A stretch of 64,000 bases of DNA from Lama guanicoe (taxonomy: Eukaryota), in NCBI GenBank assembly GCA_013239625.1, contig MU054220.1:8901367-8965366 (forward strand). Direction: 5' to 3'. Position numbers and translations under genes: made by a program. Under the pieces are notes generated by a model that was not told where the DNA came from, searched no databases, and saw only the letters and a program-made list of their open reading frames with translations. Of this stretch, positions 40,131 through 52,390 are shown piece after piece; the stretch's first letter is position 1; every line of letters starts with the position of its first letter.

Positions 40131-40200
40131 TGTGTGAAGGGTCTGGAACAAGGATCACCTCTAAGTGGTATTTTCTCCCCTTTATAACCACTAATTGACC

Positions 40201-40320
40201 GTGGACAACTAGCAGGTCATTTAACTGCTCCGAGTTTCATACTCACTTTACCAGCACTTACAATAAGGGGTTTAAACTTGACGACCTTTAACCAACTTCC
40301 TACCTCTTTCATATTAGCTT
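40201..40320 (+). repeat. Copy 1 of a ~120-bp dispersed direct repeat (MIR-like origin)
   Basis: Aligns by eye to 41875-41994 with about 20 differences in about 121 columns. Confidence 0.85.
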
Positions 40321-41184
40321 CTTCATATGACAAACACTGTCCCTCCCAGGATAATAAATCTATGGCCCCTGATACAGAGCCAGTAACTACACATGAAGCT
40401 AATTAATGGTGAATCTATTACTAAATTATTACTATTACTATAAATAGAAATGTGTGCATAAGTGAAATAACTTCTCAAATTAGTAATCTGGTTTTTAAGT
40501 TTAACAGATGATGCACTGTTGATCAGACATAGACAATTAGAGAGCTCAGCATTCTTCACAGAATGATATTTAATGACCAAACACTGTGTATGATTTTCCA
40601 ATTATAACTATTACCATAAAGTCCTCCAAAATAAGGAAACTGAAATCTCCAAAACAGGTAGTGAGAAGAGACTTTAAAATCGTGGGGCGAGATCTTTGTT
40701 TTGGGCACCAGAAAACTGAGGCACTAACAATTTAAGAAACATTCCAAAGGTTATCCAGAGACTAAGGAAGAACCTTGACAACATTTCAGTATTTATTCCA
40801 CCACACCATTAATTTAGAACCCAAATAACTAAGTGTTGTTTGGATGAGTGGATGGCACTACTTTGGGAGATTCATAATGTGCCATGGATATCTTTGGCAA
40901 AGGGGAGTCAAAGATGCATGAAGCAAAGCACTTTCATTCAAAAAGTGGCCAAACCAGTTAAGGGGCCAAAGAAGTAAACAGGGGAGAAAATACACTGCAG
41001 GAAATGCTTTGGGAGGTAAGTATAGACTTCTACGAGAGCCTGAAGAGAGACAGTTAACTCATAATGGTAAGGTGTGGGAGCTGCTAATGATGGTTTCCTA
41101 CTAAAAGGACATTTGAGTTGAGTTTTGAAAGTTTTACTGAAATTTGTGTGTGTGTGAAAGTTTTATAGGCATCACCAAGATTAG

Positions 41185-41440
41185 GGATTATTGATGTGAT
41201 TGTAGAAGCAGGGGCTAGAGACATGCTGCATCGCTGGGCTTGAAGACGAATGGAGGAGGGGGGCCACAAGCCAAGAAATGTGAGTGGCCTCTAGAAGCTG
41301 GAAAAGGAAGGAAAAGGATTCCACCTAGAGCCTCTGGAAGGAACCCGCCCTCTGCCAACACCCTACTTAGCCCAGCGAGACCCATGTCAGACTTGTAACC
41401 TACAGAACTGTAAAAGGGTCCACTTGTGTGGTTTAAGCCT
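41185..41440 (+). mobile_element. MaLR LTR fragment (MLT1D-like)
   Basis: 'ggccacaagccaagaaatgtgagtggcctctagaagctggaaaaggaaggaaaaggattcc...acctacagaactgtaa'. Confidence 0.8.
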
Positions 41441-41455
41441 ATATATTTGTATATA

Positions 41456-41494
<39 letters not shown>

Positions 41495-41552
41495 GTGTGC
41501 TTTTAAGCCTCTCTCTCTATATATATATATGTGTGTGTGTGAGTGTGTATGT
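41440..41552. repeat. Compound (TA)/(GT) microsatellite
   Basis: Pure GT run at about 41461-41490; the flanking 'cttgtgtgg/ct-ttaagcct' segment occurs twice. Confidence 0.9.
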
Positions 41553-41874
41553 AAAATAGATTACTAAGTGAGGAAATGAAGGAATAAAAGGGATAAAGGA
41601 GTGACAGATGGATGAATGGCCTGATGGATAAAGAGAATGGAAATAAAGCATTAATGAAAAAAAATCCTACCTTTTTACATGTTATTAATTCTAGGATCTA
41701 CTTTTCCCCTAACCGCTCCTAGCTCTTGATTTATGTTTGTTGATTTCCTAAAAAGAGGTGAATAACTAAAAAACACCTAATATAAGAATACTCTTTCAAA
41801 ATATAAACATAAAATTTAAAAGTCGAGCCTTTTTTGGGTCCCGTTACATTAAAAGAAACATGAATGAACTGATG

Positions 41875-41994
41875 GTGGACAACAAGCTAGTCATTTAACT
41901 ACTCTTGAGTCTCATGTTCACGTTACCAGTACTTACAATAGGGGGTTTAAACTAGATGACCTTTAACTTACTTCCTATTCTTTGATATTATCTT
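41875..41994 (+). repeat. Copy 2 of a ~120-bp dispersed direct repeat
   Basis: Aligns to 40201-40320. Confidence 0.85.
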
Positions 41995-42026
41995 TTTTAT
42001 ATTAAAAATACTGAAGAAAAGGAAAG

Positions 42027-42975
42027 TGTGCTGGTAATTCTCCCTCAGCCACCCCTCAGGTCAACCCCTTGGCCTCGTGTGCATTGCTCTATATTCAGGG
42101 ACTCTGAACCCCACAGACTGCACCACACAGGCTCCCTGGCTTCATGTCTTCCAAGAATTCAGGGACACCCCATTGTATTGCACTTTGCTTTAGTGCACTT
42201 CACAGATACTGAGTTTTTTTGTTTGTTTGTTTGTTTTTTTTAACAAATTGAAGGTTTATGGCAATCCTATATTGAGCAAGTCTATCAGAGCCATTTTTCC
42301 AACAGCATCTGCTCATTTCCTGTCTCTGCATCACATTTTGATAATTCTTGCAATATTTCAAACTGTTTCATTAATTTTATATTTGTTATGATGATCTGTG
42401 ATCAGTGACCTTTGATATTTCTACTATGACTTGTGGAACATCCCGAGGATGATTTGCATTTTTAGCAATAATTTTTACTTAAGATATGTACATTGTTTTC
42501 TTAGACATAATGCCATTGCATACTTAATAGAATACAGTATAGCATAAACACACCTTTTATATGTACTGGGAAACCAAAACATTTGTGTGACTCATTTTAT
42601 TGCCATATTCACTGCACTGCAGAGGTCTGGAACTGAGCCCACGACATCTCCGAGGTGTGCCTGCACAGATACTGGGAGGCTCAGGCAGGAGATCAGACGA
42701 TATGGGGAGAAAAGAGAAAACCTCTTGCCCCTTCTCCCTTTGGCTGTGGTTCCCTCACATCTGTATCTACCCCAGAGCAGCCTCTTCTCCTTAGCTTCAG
42801 CTCTCACTGGCCTTTGGTAATATTCTCTCCTGGTCCCTTCAGCCTCAGATTTGGCTACGGTTATTGCTGGAACTTGTCTCACTACCCCACACTTGTCTGC
42901 TTAACCCTGTCCACACCTCTTCCACATTACATTCCCTTTATTTGCCCCATGTGTTTCCTGTTAGGACCCTGACAA
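42027..42975 (+). mobile_element. Old ERVL LTR (LTR33-like), split by a Tigger1 derivative
   Basis: 'ccccacagactgcaccacacaggctccctggc' before the insert; 'ggcaggagatcag...tcccttcagcct...ccatgtgtttcctgttaggaccctgac' after it. Confidence 0.6.
42160..42663 (+). mobile_element. Non-autonomous Tigger1 derivative (~500 bp, Tigger1a_Art-like)
   Basis: Tigger1 ends 'cagggacaccccattgtattgcactttgcttta...acaaattgaaggtttatggcaatcc' and 'ggtctggaactgagcccacgacatctccgaggtgtgcctg'; no transposase between them. Confidence 0.85.
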
Positions 42976-43631
42976 AGAGCATAAATATATTAGAATATGC
43001 ATTCATGAAAGAGTTTAGAAGCCACTGACAGCATCCAGTGGAGTGATTATGACATTAATGTACAACCACTTGTACATTAACATCCTCCAAATTTTCCACT
43101 GTGGGGGATCCATGTGTTCAAAGTGTTGGTCAGGATGCCCCAGGCTTGGCCCTCTCTTTGATCGTGGTGACACTGCCATTCATTGTTCTGACCATATTAA
43201 CAAAAGAGTGATCTTTTCCAAAGTAACAGGTTACTTTTGTATTTAAAATGATGGTTAGAGCCTTTCACTCTTGCCTATCCTGGGAGCCTGTATTTGTGAT
43301 TTGTTGGCAGTTGCAGCCATTTTTTTTTTCTGAAGGTGTGAAAACAAAAGCAAAAACAACAAAAATACTTAAACTCCAAACATATAATCTTATACTCTGT
43401 AGACTAGGGTGCTAGAAGGAAATTATTTTGCATCAGGATGTGAACTGTGTCCATTAGAATGTTTACCAGAAAGCACTCCTGATACACACCACTACTTAAT
43501 ACCAAAACCTTTTGCACACAGTAGGTCAAATTTGTTACTCTGAAATTAGTATGTATGGACATTTTAAGAAGACTTAAGTTTTCCATTTTTTCCCCAAAAC
43601 AACAGTCAGTTATTTTTAAAATGATATACAA

Positions 43632-44111
43632 TGTATTAGTCTCTTAGGGCCGCCACTGCAAATTACCATGACCTAGGTGGCTTAAAACAAAAGGTACTTA
43701 TTCTCCAATAAATGTGAGGGCCAGGAATCCGAAAATTAAGGTGTTAACAGGATTGGTTCCTTCTGGGAGGCTCTAAAGGAGAAACCATTCACGCCTCTCT
43801 CCTAGCATCAGGTGACTGCCAGCAACCTCTGGCTTTTATCTCCACAGCTCTAACCTTTGCCTCTCTTTTCACATGGCTTTCCCCACTGGATGCTTCTGTG
43901 TCTCAAGTCTCACTCTCCTTTCCCTTGTAATGACACCAATAATCACATTCAGAACTAATCCTAAATCCAGGATGATCTAACCTCAAGATCCTTAACTTCA
44001 TTTATCCACAAAGACCCCATTCTCAAATAAGATCACATTCACAGGAATGGGGGTTAGTACTGGATATACCACTTGGTGGTGGGGTAGGGGGACATTGTTC
44101 AACCCACTATA
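43632..44111 (-). mobile_element. MaLR solo LTR (MLT1C-like)
   Basis: 'tgtattagtctcttagggccgccactgcaaattaccatgacctaggtggcttaaaacaa...gggggacattgttcaacccacta'. Confidence 0.85.
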
Positions 44112-44989
44112 TATTCTGCTGTACATGGTTGTATGTTGTAGCATCCTCCGGGATCTCACTGTTATAAAGAATTGAGCCTATGAAATGATAATCAGATTTG
44201 ATTATGCTAGGAGACTAATTTCTGAAAATTCTAAAAGCTTTCTCTTAGTGGAACAGATTTTTGCCTTGATGCACGAACATCTGCTCATGTCTCATAAAAT
44301 AATTTGTACTCTTACAAATGGAAAATGATCATGAACTCAGACAGGTGGCTCTTCTTGTGGGAAAAGATCCAGAACTCCCTAAATTTCCCTTTAAAACCCA
44401 AGTGATGTTGAAGGATATCACAGTCTGTCTTTAGATTGACACACTGTCTCAGAAAAACAATGTGTGTGCCAGCTATGGGTTTTAAGGTCGTTCATTCTTA
44501 TATGTTTTCTTCCCTTTGTGTTTCCAGGTTATCAATCTTCTAGATTCAGGAGCCATCTATTTCTATTATAGCACAACTCAATTTCTTCTGACCTCCTGGT
44601 TACAGTTAAAATTCTCTGATCTGTATCTCAGGAAATGAGTTTATCAATGACTATATACCTAACACCTTTCCATTCCTTGTGTCTCTCAGTGACATTAAAA
44701 GTAAAATTTCTTAAAAAATGGATATTTACTCTTAACTCCTCTTCTGTCAAGACCAGAAGGTGATGGAAATTGAGACTGACTGAAAAATATTTACTTATTT
44801 TAAACCCAGAGTTGATATTTAAGTGAATAAGTGACTGACTGAATGAAGAGAATAAATGAATACAAGGAAACAAAATAAAAGAAAATTTAACATAATAAAT
44901 ATTTATTGTGTGCATAGGATATGTGATACTTGTGGGAAAAGTAATAAAATTTAGCATCTGTGGAAAATTAACTACACATTGATCTAGAG

Positions 44990-45140
44990 TTACAAGGACT
45001 ATGGTTTAATATTTCATCATTAATTTCAGCGTGACCTTGAGCAAACCTCTCTACCTCATTAAATCACAACACTTCTTAATTATAAAATGATGGGTTTGTA
45101 CTAGATCACTTCGAGACCCTTTTAGCTTTTGAAAGCTTAT
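44990..45140 (+). mobile_element. MIR/MIR3 SINE
   Basis: 'gcgtgaccttgagcaaacctctctacctc...tataaaatgatgggtttgtactagatcacttcgagacccttttagct'. Confidence 0.65.
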
Positions 45141-45859
45141 GGTCAGATATTAACAAATATGTTAGAAATAGAACACACAGAAAATGTTCATCTGAGGCTT
45201 CTGACGCTATCACCGGAAATGAATATTTTCTAGGTTATGATTTTCATAGTATTACTCTATCCTCAATGATATGCAAGTCTACCTGAGCCTAGCTTATCCC
45301 TTCAAAGCGTTATATTACTAGAGAGACTGGATTTGGTTCTACTGACATAAAGAATAATTGCTGGCTCCTCTGGCTGTACTGAGTGACTTACGTGACAAGA
45401 GAGAAGAGCTGTTGCAGATACTCCATATTGTTCCCCACTGTAAACATCAGGTACATAAGACAGTCAACATTTTCATGTGTATTTGTGCAGATTCTTTCCA
45501 CTTAAATGAATTGTAATCTACATATTAAGTAAATATTTTGTTTGTTTTAGAATTTGCTATAATTCCTGATTACACATTTGAATAAATCCAGAGGCAATTT
45601 TTTTTTAAATTTGCTTACAACAAGCAGTTCAGGATTAAGTGATTTATACCATTGGAAGGAATCAAGAGTGACAGAAAACTGGAAATATACACCTTCTTTC
45701 AAAACTGAAGCCCTGACTCTCTCCCTCCAGATCGCCCTTAAATGACTATTTGGCACCAACTCTTAGCATCTTTTTGCAGCTAGAGATGTTTTGGGGGAAA
45801 TGTCATTGTTTTCCTCACTTTAAACAAATACTCAGCATCTAGACAATTAAATTATTGGC

Positions 45860-46400
45860 ACTGAATTTAACAAAACATTTTTGTGCACAGTGTTCTCCTA
45901 GCTTCTATAAGGTATACAAACATAGCAGATTTCTGACCTCCCATGATTTATAGATAGCAGCTTGAATAAAAGATTAACGTAATACAAGCAATAATCATAC
46001 AAATATTATCTACAGAGGAGGAACAGATAAAGTTTCGAGGGCCTTAAAGAAAGAAGAGATGACTATTGAGAAATATTCAGAAAAGAATAATGGGAAAGGT
46101 GTCAGATTTTCTACGCCTTGAAAAATGAGTGGATTCCAACAGACAGCAGTGAGAAGAGGTACAACCTTGATGTGACTGAAGTATGACAGATGGAACGTGT
46201 ATTGAAAAATAAGACTAAAATGATAGATTGGGATGAACAAGTAGATGGCCTTGAACGTCATGCTAAGCCTGAGAAAATGACTTTGGTAGCATGTTGGAAG
46301 GTGAGTTAATATAGATGCTCAAAGACTAAGGGTTTGTGGAATTAGAAATGGAAAGGGGGAAAATTCAAGAAGAAACTACTGCAGAAGCAAAATTAAAATT
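45860..46400 (-). mobile_element. L2 LINE remnant
   Basis: 'tttaacaaaacatttttgtgcac', 'gccttgaaaaatgagtggattc', 'ggccttgaacgtcatgctaag'. Confidence 0.45.
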
Positions 46401-46425
46401 TGCAGTCATATATCTTGTCACATAC

Positions 46426-46440
46426 ATTTGCATAACAATA
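46426..46440 (-). promoter_or_regulatory. OCT-SOX composite motif (candidate enhancer)
   Basis: Plus-strand atttgcataacaata reads TATTGTTATGCAAAT on the minus strand, matching the canonical SOX2-OCT4 composite (C/T)ATTGTTATGCAAAT. Confidence 0.5.
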
Positions 46441-47882
46441 TAACAATACTTTGCACTCTATTATTACCCCAAATAATGTTTTCATCACTAAGTGCTTAAT
46501 AAGCACTCATTAGGATTATTAAGTCAGACAGAGACGATATGCCAATTGCAAGTTTTCAGGTGCTTTGCATAAATATAATTTGCCCTGCTGCGTAAATGTT
46601 CTAGACACTCTCTGCACTTTTTGTATTTAGAAGAGGCTTGTCATTTCTTGTCATTGTTATTTAATCTCTCTGTTGTCTGACAGTTTTCCAAGATGACTTA
46701 TCTGCCATGTTTCAAGGCATCTGTGCCTGACAGATCAAGAACTGGGGAGTGTTTATAGTAATATCCCTTTTTTTCCCCCATCATAACATGTCCTACATCT
46801 TGGGTCATCATCCAGGATATCAATAGCATCGCTTTTGTGTATTTGCTTATTTTCTCTTGACAGTGTTCCCAGACTTGATAAATGGTCCCACCTTGGGTGT
46901 GGAAGGAAAGTACGTATTTTTAAGCTTGTATGGACGTTTATAAAACGTTCACTTGCTACAACGACTTAAATAGGAAACAAGGGTTACTGGTCTCAAATTT
47001 GCGATTTGAGACCAAGACTTTTAAGATTTCCTTCTCAGACTCTCTTTTATTCTTTTGCAATCCTTTGTTGCTGCTGGTTAGCTTAGCTTTACCCCTGGGA
47101 ATTTCTTGTTGTTGATGTATCAGAAATAACTCACACAGAATTATTAATGTGTCAAATATTCTCAGACCTAAGATTTACCCCTTTTCTCTTTCAGGGTTCT
47201 GTTTGATAGAATACCCATCTCCCCAAAATAATACCTAAAACAAGACCATTTATTAATACTCTAACAATTGCCTAATAAGTTTAAAATGCATGTTTTGATA
47301 AAAATTCACTTACAAAGCATGGATTAAGGTTTATGGTGAAAGTAGGATCTCTTATTTTCCTGCCCTGAAATTAAAAACAATCTACAGTTTAAGGCTGACC
47401 TGCCTTATTCAGTTGTAGGCAGAAGAGCCTGTAAATAGTCAAAGTATATGAAGTTTCCCTCTGTGGGGACGTCCCGTCTGGTCTTCTCAATATAAAAACA
47501 CAGGAAGTTCAAGGACATTCAAAAGGGCAAGAACAGAACACCTGCTGTCCCAGTGCACAGATCAAAGAGACAGGAGTTGACTTCTTGGTCTGAGAAGCAT
47601 AAGCTTATACCCCAATGAAACGAGAACCCATACATACTTGTCATGCTCAAAACAAGGAGGTTGGCTATTTCCCCACAGAGTTAGAATATGAAGTGAAGAT
47701 TCAGTAGTTCCCCTCCTAGCCGCTTCTTCCAAAAGAAGAGAGGATGCAAGTCTCATCTTCCATGAGCTAACATACGGCATATAATGTGTTTCTTCTTACA
47801 AAATTAAGTACCAATTGACAAATTTAAACTTTTGTTTAAGAATTAAATAGAAGGAGGCATACCTAACTGATAACACGTTTGC

Positions 47883-48452
47883 TGTTGGAGGATAATTTTC
47901 CCTAAGTCTCTCATGTTTCTACATACACAGATATTAACAGTTAATTTGTTTCAGACTATCTTTTAAAAAATGATTGCGTGAGCAAATCACTTTGGAAAGA
48001 GGGAGACAGTGATCCCCTCTGGATCACATTTACTTAAATTCCAGGCTAATAAAGATAGATGTCTCCCTCCCTTGGAAGCATTACAGACAGTAAAGATAGA
48101 GACATCTCTCTCTCCTCTCCAGAGCTGATTCGCTTGCATTCCAGGTGAGCAAGGTAATATCTCCCTCCCAGCAGACTGGCCAGCAGCTCCTGCATGAGAC
48201 TGGAGCTTTCTAATCTCAGGGTTCTTCTTCAATAATGCACCCTCACTGCAGGCGCAGACAAGATCTTGCTTTCACTGCATTGCCCTGTGGGAACTGGGGC
48301 TCGAGGAACAAGCACCACGATGATACTCTGGCTAGGGCTATGGCTTGAGTAATAATCTGTCTTTGTCTTTCTGCCAGTAACTATGAACCTGCAACAGGCT
48401 AACTGGTTGGCTTTGGCGCAGTGTCAACTCAGACCGTTTAGAGTTCCCGGCA
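47883..48452 (+). mobile_element. ERVL solo LTR (MER77-like)
   Basis: 'tgttggaggataattttccctaagtctctcatgtttctac...cagactatctttt...gataaagatagatgtctccctcc...gagtaataatctgtctttgtc...tcagaccgtttagagttcccggca'. Confidence 0.7.
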
Positions 48453-48589
48453 CAACAGTTTAACGGATTTCTCTTTAATAATGTAAGGAAGAACACAAAA
48501 TATTAATTTGAAGATAAAAAAATTGAAGTTGATGTTTACTGAAGTCACATACATTCTATTTCTTAATCTTCACAATGACTTAAACATTT

Positions 48590-48835
48590 TGTCTGTAAAA
48601 GCAGGGAATTTCTCTTTTATTCTGCCCATTTCCTCCAGTATCGAGAGCAGAGTCTGGTACAAAACAGATGCTCAGTAAGTACCTGTTCCATGAAAAAAAA
48701 GTGAATGGATAAACATGAGGGATAAAGCACTTTTTTTTAAAGATGGTAGATAACTGTTCAGAGAGGAGAAATGATTTTTCTTGAGCCACACAGCTAATAA
48801 TTAGCAGATCTGGAATTGGTGCCCAAATCAATTAA
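48590..48835. mobile_element. Adjacent L2 3' tip (+) and MIR fragment (-)
   Basis: 'agagtctggtacaaaacagatgctcagtaagtacctgtt' then 'ttcagagaggagaaatgatttttcttgagccacacagctaataattagcagatctggaatt'. Confidence 0.55.
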
Positions 48836-49784
48836 ACTGCATAGTTAGATCTGAATCATGTAGTTGATGCTGCTAGCCCCTCATTTCATGCAAGTTTCTT
48901 CAACTAAACTGAATCAAGTAACTGTATACTGAACTACTGGAATAACAAAATACAAAATGAAATAAATTATTTTCACCATACACATGTATTTACACCCTAC
49001 ATGCAGAAATCATAGTTAACTTTCACACCTGTACCTTGAAATTGTACTTAATGTACCTAATTACATGTAAACATTTTAGGTAATATATCTCTGTATTAGA
49101 CTAGTCAACATACACAAAAAAGAACATTCCCTTAACCCATGCAGAATATTTCTTTTAAAAAAAATTGTACATAGATTAACCAGGAATTTCCCTGTGGCAC
49201 TCATTTATATGGTAATAAGCTCTTTTTCAGAAAGACTCGGAGCTTACTTGTAACATTATTTAAACAACCCTCAAATCACAGTTGAATAGAAAACGCATCT
49301 ACAAATTTTTCATGAAAGGAGGGTCACACTAATCAGGTGTACTCATAATTTCATGATAAAAGACTGAAAGTCCTCATAAATTTAGCTTGGGAAAAAGAAT
49401 TTAAAGTAGTCTGTCTACCATCCATTTTTCTCGCAATTACTGGGGACCCTCTAGGGACAGAAACAAGGTAGACAATCTAGTCTAATCTCCTTGTGAACAT
49501 TCTGCCAACTGAACCTTCTAGTAAATAAAACAGAGAGAATACGTCTTTATGGAGTGTTCTTCGAGGCATCACAAATTTAGGATTGCTTATGGTGAAGAAA
49601 CCTGGAAGCTATGATACAAAGAGTCATGGCTACCTGGAGAGTGTCGAGTAAGCGCTACAATTATAGCTTATGTTAATAACCGAAGTGCTTCCCACTGTGT
49701 GAGGCATATGTCTGAAGTTAACGAAGAACGAAAGGACATGGATCTGCCCTGAATGTCTGAGACCTCTCTCTGTTTTGCCTGTGC

Positions 49785-49874
49785 TTTAAAAAAAAAAAAG
49801 AAAAAGAAAAAACTTTTCTTTAAGTTGAAGTATAGTTGGTTTACAATATTTCATGAGTTTCAGGTGTACAGCAA
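49785..49874 (-). mobile_element. Very short L1 3' tip with TSD
   Basis: 'ttgaagtatagttggtttacaatatt...gtttcaggtgtacagcaa' is an antisense L1 3' end; flanked by tgcctgtgc at 49776-49784 and 49875-49883. Confidence 0.75.
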
Positions 49875-51460
49875 TGCCTGTGCCTCTTGACTGTTTTCGT
49901 CTTTACAATGATTCATAAAGCTTGTCCTGAGTAAGAACTCTAGTTTGTGTGATTCTTATTCAACTGTCTGGTCTTTTGCGGTAGCTACATTTATTTTTCT
50001 TTATTTTTAAGTTAGAGTAAAAAAGAACTCAATGATACATACATTATTTAGCAAAACGCATTATATGAATGTGATTTCATCCCTGGAACCTACAGGGAAT
50101 GCTGCCAAGTCTCAACCCACCAATGGGTTTAACCCGTAATTGCTTATGTCATATACTTAGAGCATTCCAGATAAACAGTGTCCTGAATGTTCTGCTGGCT
50201 GTTTACACTATTTTTTTTTGGCTATTGATCCAGAAGCATCTCTGAAACATTTTTGTACCACAGTGACTCTCCTGACCCTCTGTTTACAGAGATCAACCAA
50301 GCTGTTGTAGACTGACAGTGCTCCTTGGTGGGCAGGAACACAATTCTGTCTTAACCCAGCATCACTTTTCACTTACACCTGTTTTCTCCCTTGTGTTCTT
50401 CTTTGGGCAGATTTTATTTATCACCTCAGATTTCTTCTTCTCAAAAATAAGCACAGGACTTCTTGTTATTAAATTGAAATTAATGTCATCATGCATAGGA
50501 AAGCACAATTTGTAAACAAGTGTGGGTGGTTTTTGAACTCTCAGAAGTATGAACTGTTTCCCAGCTATGGGCTCTGGGAGGACAGAGTTTCCCTTTTGCC
50601 TGGCTACACCTGCAGTAATGTCAGATTGCTTCATTTCCTCTCTCTCTCATCCGTCTATCTGATAAACGTTTAAAACAGAATGAAAGAGTGATGTAGATTT
50701 TCTTAAATGATTACATACCTATAGAAATATGTTAAAATATTAATGACATTAACATTTCAGAATTTTCCTTACCACATTCGTACCCCTTATATTTGTTATG
50801 TAAATAGTGGCTTGGAGCACATTTCCAAACTATTGCAAAACTGAGTGCATCAGTTCAAATGGAGATTTATTTTTATTTGTGCATCACTTTAATATATTCA
50901 ATTAGTGTGGTTCCATACCATATGGATACCCAGGGAGATGTTATAAGTATAAGAAACTATGTGGTGTTAAGTCCCTTTAACGAAGTAAATAAATCGAAAT
51001 AACACTGGTAAATAAATGGCTATCATTTGACAAGTCACATAAATTGCTTTACCCAGGAAGAACAAGTTTGACCGAGATTAAGTGTCACAAAATAGTGAGA
51101 CCGTTGCCTTGCAAAAGTCCCCTAAGAGAAATACAAGTATTTCAATTATGTCTGAACCCTCAATTACTTGAGAAATATTTAGAGGCTCTACCATACTAAG
51201 GGTGATGGGATAATACTCTGATTAAGTTCTAGCCAATTATCAAGAGTAAGTCAGAATCATTTTAGAACCCAAACTAGTTGGTTGGATAATTCATTTCCAA
51301 CAGCCCACCGTGGCATAATCCTGCTGCAGCCATCTGTATCATAAGATAACTTGATTCCCAGGTTTATTACTGAAACACCATAGCAATGTGAGTAAATTTG
51401 CCAGAGTGATTTCCCTGCGGTCACGCGTTTATTTAGCCAAACAAATGGCTCTGCTTGCAG

Positions 51461-51479
51461 TAGGCAGCAGATGTCGCTG
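51461..51479 (+). promoter_or_regulatory. CTCF-like motif
   Basis: taggcagcagatgtcgctg versus consensus TGGCCAGCAGATGGCGCTG, in unique sequence that retains several CpGs. Confidence 0.45.
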
Positions 51480-52019
51480 GTGGCAGGGTACAACATCGTC
51501 TGAAGCATCTTTTCTCTGATTGCAACTGAGAGGGAGTGGCAATGTGAAAGGAGCTGAGTAATTTAAACTTTACAAGGACTATCCGTTTGTTCCTTAAATT
51601 CTCCTGTGATTCCCGTTAAATTGTGTCCCCAGATTTCCCCTGAATAGGGATACAGTCCTGTTGTTATCCATTTGGAACGGTGCCTAGTAGCACTGAATAA
51701 TTCAAACAAATATAATACTGGGGTTTTGCTGAGGGCTTCTCTCAACATGACTACCCGTGTGTGCCCGGGGTGGCCCTCACACCCTCACTGATTCTTCCCT
51801 GTCCCTATGGTACGAAGCACATTCCATATGTTAAATATGTGTCTCTGAAGAATAGTTTTCTGAGCTAGCCGAAAGTTCTCAGTTATATCTAGTGTCAAGA
51901 GCTTCTTCCTGTATTTGAATTTATTTCTCTATGCACCATCACCACCTCCAGCTTGTGATATTCTTGCTTCCCAAGGAAGAAACTTAAGGCTGATACTGTA
52001 CTTTAGTTCATACAATGCC

Positions 52020-52366
52020 CCCAAAACAACTCTTTTTGTTTGAGAGTTACAGTATGAAGGCTAGAAAGCTTATCTTGCAGCCAGGAGTGGCTAAGTGATG
52101 TAGTTCTGTCCAAGCAAATATAATTAGAGATATGCTGGAGTCACCCTACCCCTGCCTCTTTCTTTTTGCCTGGAATCTCATACATGGTCACACCGCAGCG
52201 GCCATTTGTGACCATGAGGGAAAGGGAAAGAGAAATCCAGAGTCTCAAACCGGTATCAGCAGACATTTGCCTTCAGGTTTCTTGCTATTTGAAGAATGAG
52301 GTCCCCACTTTCAAATGAATGTAAATTTATCTGTTATTTGCAGTAAAAGCATTCTTAAATAAAACA
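52020..52366 (+). mobile_element. Old MaLR LTR (MLT1K/J-like)
   Basis: 'ttgcagccaggagtggctaagtgatgtagttctgtccaa...gcagcggccatttgtgaccatgaggg...tctgttatttgcagtaaaagcattcttaaataaaaca'. Confidence 0.65.
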
Positions 52367-52390
52367 AAATCCTTCTTGAACAAGGGGAAC

